Source: Chitinophagales bacterium (lineage in GTDB: Bacteria; Bacteroidota; Bacteroidia; Chitinophagales; UBA8649). Taken from it: DNA of 31,639 bases. Location of the stretch: assembly GCA_016777395.1 (NCBI GenBank), contig JADHRO010000001.1:1-31639 (forward strand), written 5' to 3'. The notes under the pieces are model-generated. The model was not told the origin of the DNA. It did not search any database and saw only the letters and a list, made by a program, of their open reading frames with translations. Below, piece by piece: positions 26,157 through 31,639 of the stretch (position 1 is the stretch's first letter; each line of letters starts with the position of its first letter). The position numbers were made by a program, and so were the translations under genes.

Positions 26157-29100
26157 TTAATTTTCTTTTTTCTTTTTACCTTTTCCTTGATTCTTTTCGA
26201 AATTCAATACTTCTTGTGGTACACCTGAATTGGCAGGATTTGAAAAATCTTGTTCAAGTTTGGTCGGTACCCCTTCTTCTGAATTTTCATTTATCGGTTT
26301 AACTTTGGTAGGGTCAGGTGGAGGTAAAGTCCCCCCTTCTTCCAAAATTTTCATTCTTTCAATAAAAGCTAAGGCTTTCATTTTATTAATACCCGTATAC
26401 TTATAAAAACTTGCATCATCTCCTTGAATTTTTCGCTTTTCAGGTTTTATCATATTAATTCTTTCAATAATATCCCTAAATGAAGAAGCGACCTCCATTA
26501 AATTAGTTGTGTAGGTTATGTATACAAAGTCATTGTATTCTGTTTTTAGGTATATATTCATGTAGTCTGAGCCCATTCTATGTCCAAATTCGAGATAACC
26601 GTTGATCTTTTTATGGATTCCTCTATCACCAACAAAAGAGAGTCCAAATTGCCCCTCTGATCGAAAAATTCTTTCAGTGGGGTAGTACTTCATGTTCACA
26701 TCTGTAAATATCATGGAACTTTTTAAGTCTTTCGGTTTCTTAAAGGTGCCAGTAAGTGACAATTCATCCTGCATTTTCGCAAAAGATTTAGGCTCCAAAA
26801 ATTCTGCCCAGTGAGCAAGTAATTCTTCGTCATAGTACACATCCTTTCTTCCAAAATTATCTTCCAATAAGTAATAGCCCATTTTATCTAGAATTACGTC
26901 ATCAAAACCTAAAGGCAAAGAAATACTTACATTAAAACTATACTCATCTTCAGTTAAATCTGTTCTAATTTGACCTGCTATTTTTTCTTTCACTGCACCA
27001 TAATTCAAAGAAAAATCCATGCTCCCTTCTCCTTTTATGATATTCTCAGAGGGAAGGAATTTCAATAGATTACCTTTTATTGGACCATCGCTGTTTATTT
27101 TTTCTGCTTGCCCAAAAGTGTAGCCTTGAGTTTTAGCATCGTGTTTTAAAATCCCATCTACTTCCAACAGTGCGACATCTAAAGGACCAACTTGATTATT
27201 CAAGATATTGGTATATAAAGGGTTTGCTGCAATAGGATTAATGAATATTCCGGTGCGTAAGCGTTCCCCTTCAGGATTTCTTACACCATCAATGGTCAAA
27301 TCAAGGCTATCGGGGTCAACATTACCCTCAATTTGAATGAAATTTGATGCGATATATTCATTTTTGAAATCTACTTTTGCAAATCCATTAATTTTTACAT
27401 CATTCAAGCTTGAGTATATATCTACATCTCCGTAAAACTGGACATCTGGATAAACAATAAAACTATCGGCTTGAGTAGTTAAACCTCGTGCATGAAGAAT
27501 ATTTTTAGGCTTAGGTCCCTTTTTCTTATCCATCTTGCTCGAGTCGGCTAAAATAGCCTCAATTTTTGCGAGCTTAAGATATTGTGTAGGGATATTTTTA
27601 GTTTCGTACTTGTATTGACCAGAGCCTGTAAAATCGTTTTTACCATGAATAGTAATCGTCACGTCCTCCATGATATGTCGCTTACTTTCTGCATTTGCTT
27701 CAATAGTAGCTTGTGTTAATGTCTCCATGCGCGCTTCGGGATAAATAGAAACTTTTCCATCATGAGGAATAACCCGACTATCTGCAATAAATATTTCAGT
27801 AACACCACTAGCTTCAATGATGGATTCTTCCAAGCTATAATCTGCATTGGTAGCGATAAACGATAAAGAATCTTGACTAGACTTTAAGGAGGTGAAAGGA
27901 GCACCTGCGCTTCCTTGGGGAACAGAAAACTCTAATTTTTTATTATCAATATCCCAAAAGAATTCATCAATAGTGGTGACATATTGATTGTAGTTAAATT
28001 CTGTGCGATTTTCATTGGTATTGGATTTGAAGTACCCAGTATTTTCAGTGAAATCAACATATGCATTAACATTTGGAGTATTGAAGGTTACCTTATCTCC
28101 GTCAATCGTTTTGATTTTCAATGCGGCAGAATCAGCTAACAACTCTGTTGATTTAAATCTAAATCGATTAGAAGTCAATTGGCCATCATCCCAATCAATT
28201 AGTCCAGCACCATATATAGCTTTATTTGTAATTTCTATTTGTCCATTTAACTGAGTCTTATTATGAAACATATTGAAAGGGCTTGTTGGGCCTGAGTATG
28301 CAATCATGCTATCTAAATAAGGGAACCACTCCACAGAACTGAAGGTATTATTAAGCTCTGGTGCTTCATACAGGCCTTCAGATTCTTCAATTGTAAATCT
28401 ATCAGTTGCTGCTAAAAGCGAGTCAGGGTAGTATATAATATGGCCCGATTCGAATTTTGTGGTTTGGAATTCTACTAGCCCAGAGCCTGTTAAACCTTTA
28501 TTATCAAGCGATAGCTCACCAGCAGATATACCTTTACCGCCATATACGGGTAGTCCTTCTAAGGGGGTTGAAACTTGGAATCCCAATGATAAATCATCTT
28601 GCAGGCGCAAAGCTTGGTCAATATTAGGGAAAATTCCTCCAGAATATAATTGGCCATTAAATTTTAATGTTTGCTGGTTTATATGCATCAAAGAATCGAT
28701 GATAAATGGACTTATCTCATAATAGAAATCTTCTTTTTTATAAGCGCCACCTCCAATTTTGATATCTTCATAAAAGACTTTACTGGATGATATTGATTCA
28801 AAAATTGGGAACTGTGCTAAATCTGAATTCCCGGATTTGTTGTTGGGTAAATTTATTTTAAGACTTCCTGATAGTTCTGATAAGGTTGATTTAATGGGCC
28901 GTAAAACAGCTTGTCCATATTGATTAAGTTTATCCCCATCAGGTATGTTTATGATAAGGGTATCAATTTGAGGGAGTTCCATGGTAAAATCATCGTAAAT
29001 AAAGTGATTATCAGTTCCAAAGAAGTCTATGCGGCCAGAGAAGAATAAACCATTAAAAAGCATATTTCTATTTTTTTCGATAGTAATCTTTTGACTATCA

Positions 29101-30815
29101 GGAAAAAATAAAGTTGAATTAGCCATACTAATTGGTATTTTCTTTACGCCTTCTAGATTTAATGATTTGCTGTCTAGATTTATGCTTGCATTTTTTACCT
29201 TATTATTGGAAAGAAAAGTGATGTCATCATAATCTTTTTTCTCAGCATTTGCCAGTACATAGTGACTTACTTTTGGTTTTATTTCGATTTTTTCAGATTT
29301 TTCATCATAGGTAATAAAACCCTCTTGGACTAGATTAAATATAACGGGCTTAACTTGTTGAACAGTCAAGTTGGGAGATATTTGTTGAGCAAAATCGTAA
29401 GCATATATATAATTTTGCATGTTTACCTCCGAATATATTCGAAGAATAGATAAAGGATCGTAACTTACATTACCTCTTAAATCTTGCATTTTTTGCTTGC
29501 TAAAATATTCCTTAGACTCAAAACTAGCAGCTTTTAAGCCAGATGAGCTTAGTGTACTCAAATTAATTTCGTTTTCATCAAGCTTCCAAGTAATGACATC
29601 AACTTTAAAATCTAATTTATGGTAGGAATTAAAAAAGCTATACTTCGTTACACTACCATCATTTTTGACGAGTTTTATTGAATTATTGGGTATGTCATAA
29701 GACAAATCTATACGTGGATGGTAAATCGAGTCTTCATCAAAATATAAAGAAATTTCAGCATTACTGCTACTAATTTTTTCTGGCAGGTTGATGGTTATTG
29801 AATTTGTAAGTGCTCGAAGTATTTTTTGTTTTGAATTTTCTTTGTAAATAATTAGTTCAGAGGGCTCTCCAACACTACTGCCCAATATTTTAGAACCCGC
29901 TAAAGTAAATCCACCATAGTACATTACATTAGGGGTCAGTTGTTGGGGGGGCACATTTTCTTTTTGAGCAGAAAATCGAGGAAATCTTGTAGTTTCAGCA
30001 TTCGCAGTGCTAACCATCTTATCTTCTAGCTTACCTATAATACTAGATTCGAAATAATCTTTATAAGTAAATATCACTTCTTCAATAACATATCCTTGAC
30101 TCTTTAGGTTGACCTCATAGGCACCAAACAAAGCTCTAACCTCAGCGTCGGGGAGACCGGCTCGCTCCCAATTTACCTTTCCTTTTGACCCATTCCATTT
30201 GTGCGTGGTGTAGTCATAGATTCCCGAAGTATTAAGTATTTTTATGGAGTCTCCACCTGTTTTGCCAATCAAATGGCCTGAATTAAGCGTTACAATTGGC
30301 CCATTTTCATTAATACTTAGCGTAAACTGATTGGTGCTTAACTTCCATATTTTCCCTTTACTAAACCACAATGCATTTTCGCGAAAAAGAGGAATGGTAA
30401 ACTCAATAAAGTCTATAATTGATTTGCTATCTCCAGGTGTTGCATTATCCATTAATGCCATCAAAGTCTGTTGAAATTGACTCCATTGATTGGCTGCTAA
30501 CGGGATTTCGTTGAGTGCCAGGTAATGCTTTAATAATTGTTGAAGCTGCGGATAAGCTTTACCTCTTAGTTTCAGCATTTTATTACTGGACTCGATAAGA
30601 TCATCTATGACTTTATCTGCTATTAAATTTTGCTTAAGCTTGGCGTCAAACTCCTTGAATAGGTCTTTTAATTCTGATCGATTAGTTGCCTCGAATTTTT
30701 GCTTTAATGCTGTTACAAACGCTTCTTTGTTTGTTGGTAAGGTATCGATGATTTGTCCTTTCACCGAAGGTATAAGCCACCACGAAATTATAAATAGTAA
30801 AATTACATTTTTCAT
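26157..30815 (-). CDS. 1552-aa exported beta-rich protein of unknown function
   Basis: Long intact ORF, signal peptide SVKG|Q, helical N-terminal region then alternating hydrophobic/polar beta-strand pattern, Pro/Lys-rich tail; no catalytic motif recognised. Confidence 0.85.
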   Translation of the reverse strand: MKNVILLFIISWWLIPSVKGQIIDTLPTNKEAFVTALKQKFEATNRSELKDLFKEFDAKLKQNLIADKVIDDLIESSNKMLKLRGKAYPQLQQLLKHYLALNEIPLAANQWSQFQQTLMALMDNATPGDSKSIIDFIEFTIPLFRENALWFSKGKIWKLSTNQFTLSINENGPIVTLNSGHLIGKTGGDSIKILNTSGIYDYTTHKWNGSKGKVNWERAGLPDAEVRALFGAYEVNLKSQGYVIEEVIFTYKDYFESSIIGKLEDKMVSTANAETTRFPRFSAQKENVPPQQLTPNVMYYGGFTLAGSKILGSSVGEPSELIIYKENSKQKILRALTNSITINLPEKISSSNAEISLYFDEDSIYHPRIDLSYDIPNNSIKLVKNDGSVTKYSFFNSYHKLDFKVDVITWKLDENEINLSTLSSSGLKAASFESKEYFSKQKMQDLRGNVSYDPLSILRIYSEVNMQNYIYAYDFAQQISPNLTVQQVKPVIFNLVQEGFITYDEKSEKIEIKPKVSHYVLANAEKKDYDDITFLSNNKVKNASINLDSKSLNLEGVKKIPISMANSTLFFPDSQKITIEKNRNMLFNGLFFSGRIDFFGTDNHFIYDDFTMELPQIDTLIINIPDGDKLNQYGQAVLRPIKSTLSELSGSLKINLPNNKSGNSDLAQFPIFESISSSKVFYEDIKIGGGAYKKEDFYYEISPFIIDSLMHINQQTLKFNGQLYSGGIFPNIDQALRLQDDLSLGFQVSTPLEGLPVYGGKGISAGELSLDNKGLTGSGLVEFQTTKFESGHIIYYPDSLLAATDRFTIEESEGLYEAPELNNTFSSVEWFPYLDSMIAYSGPTSPFNMFHNKTQLNGQIEITNKAIYGAGLIDWDDGQLTSNRFRFKSTELLADSAALKIKTIDGDKVTFNTPNVNAYVDFTENTGYFKSNTNENRTEFNYNQYVTTIDEFFWDIDNKKLEFSVPQGSAGAPFTSLKSSQDSLSFIATNADYSLEESIIEASGVTEIFIADSRVIPHDGKVSIYPEARMETLTQATIEANAESKRHIMEDVTITIHGKNDFTGSGQYKYETKNIPTQYLKLAKIEAILADSSKMDKKKGPKPKNILHARGLTTQADSFIVYPDVQFYGDVDIYSSLNDVKINGFAKVDFKNEYIASNFIQIEGNVDPDSLDLTIDGVRNPEGERLRTGIFINPIAANPLYTNILNNQVGPLDVALLEVDGILKHDAKTQGYTFGQAEKINSDGPIKGNLLKFLPSENIIKGEGSMDFSLNYGAVKEKIAGQIRTDLTEDEYSFNVSISLPLGFDDVILDKMGYYLLEDNFGRKDVYYDEELLAHWAEFLEPKSFAKMQDELSLTGTFKKPKDLKSSMIFTDVNMKYYPTERIFRSEGQFGLSFVGDRGIHKKINGYLEFGHRMGSDYMNIYLKTEYNDFVYITYTTNLMEVASSFRDIIERINMIKPEKRKIQGDDASFYKYTGINKMKALAFIERMKILEEGGTLPPPDPTKVKPINENSEEGVPTKLEQDFSNPANSGVPQEVLNFEKNQGKGKKKKEN

Positions 30816-30819
30816 ATGA

Positions 30820-31638
30820 TTATGATTTAGAGTAGTGTAAGGCTACCCAATTTTCTTGGTTTTTCCGATTCACAAAAATCAAATCTAGTGAATGGGCTAA
30901 TGTTTTTATTTCTTCCTCTTGATTTAACAAGATACCACTCAGTAAAATGTCTCCTTTGGGTGTTAATAACGAGATAAGTTTACCTAAATTTTCCTTAATA
31001 GTATTTGTAGTTACATTCGCTAGAATAATTTCGTACTTTTTATCAGGAACAATGGCTATATCTCCATGGTGGGGATGGATCTTTATGCATTTATTGATTT
31101 GAGCATTTTCAATGGTATTTTGATAGGCCGGTTCTTCAATATCGTTGGCTTGAATTTCATCTGCTCCCATTTTCTCTGCAAGCAAACTTAATATACCTGT
31201 ACCACATCCAAAATCTAATACTAACTTGTTTTTGAAATTCATCGAAAGCATAATCGACATGACCATTGCAGTTGTTGCATGATGCCCAGTACCAAATGCC
31301 ATTTTGGGCTCAATGACTAATTCATATTTCACCGCCTGACTGGGATGAAATGATGCCCTTACTAGGCATTCATCCCCAATTTTAATGGCTTTGAAATTTT
31401 TTTCCCACTCTTGATTCCAGTTTTTATTTTCAAGAATTCCAACGGTGTACTCAAGGCCTTGTAAGAATGATAAAGAATTCAAGGTTTCTTGAAGTTTTTC
31501 CTCCTTAAAATTAGCATTACTGATATACGCATTCAAGGTATTTGTATCGACTTCTTCAAAAGAATCGAATTGTAATTGATCTAAATATGCAATGAGTAAG
31601 TCATTCTTGCCATTGGTTTTTGTCAATTGAATGAGTTT
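30820..31638 (-). CDS. prmA: Ribosomal protein L11 methyltransferase, probably 5'-truncated by the window
   Basis: NWNQEWE, EPKMAFGTGHHATT, VLDFGCGTGILS, ILANV, LLSGIL. The frame stays open to the window edge (K-L-I-Q before the TTG at 31626). Confidence 0.94.
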   Translation of the reverse strand, partial: KLIQLTKTNGKNDLLIAYLDQLQFDSFEEVDTNTLNAYISNANFKEEKLQETLNSLSFLQGLEYTVGILENKNWNQEWEKNFKAIKIGDECLVRASFHPSQAVKYELVIEPKMAFGTGHHATTAMVMSIMLSMNFKNKLVLDFGCGTGILSLLAEKMGADEIQANDIEEPAYQNTIENAQINKCIKIHPHHGDIAIVPDKKYEIILANVTTNTIKENLGKLISLLTPKGDILLSGILLNQEEEIKTLAHSLDLIFVNRKNQENWVALHYSKS

Positions 31639-31639
31639 A

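Noticed and set aside
781-30819. The remaining short (60-120 aa) ORFs nested in or antisense to major genes, e.g. 5961-6323, 22418-22732, 23126-23401, 28459-28722
   Set aside because: Fully overlap well-supported genes and show no recognisable motifs.
1-31639. tRNA, rRNA, CRISPR, IS elements, defence islands, frameshifted genes
   Set aside because: The largest intergenic gap is about 200 nt, with no cloverleaf or spaced direct repeats seen by eye; no transposase or integrase ORFs; all main ORFs look intact.

Overview
Housekeeping region of an AT-rich Bacteroidota (Bacteroidetes) chromosome. Phylum evidence: ACIII+aa3 gene layout, a T9SS type-B C-terminal domain, Gln at +1 after signal peptides, and a TTTG-N19-TAnnTTTG promoter. 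1-12194 (+) is one contiguous respiratory cluster: alternative complex III (actB 3' part, actC, actD, actE, actF), then an A1-type aa3 cytochrome c oxidase (subunits II, I, heme O synthase, two subunit III paralogues, IV), SCO, DUF420 and a 76-aa CxxC membrane protein. Next are an exported M1 aminopeptidase (+); an alkyltransferase-like gene and trmB (-); a T9SS type-B PKD/Ig-repeat protein, small cytochrome c, anmK and an extended SDR (+); hutU, GtrA and an M29 aminopeptidase (-); udk (+); and a 1552-aa exported protein of unknown function plus prmA (-, cut by the window edge). I saw no RNA genes, CRISPR arrays, mobile elements or pseudogenes. No clearly new system is demonstrable from sequence alone. 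Best leads: a ~94-aa His/Asp/Glu pentapeptide-repeat insertion in ActF, the QCAMC microprotein ending the oxidase cluster, and the internally repeated 1552-aa beta-rich protein. Family calls come from motif recognition, not database searches.
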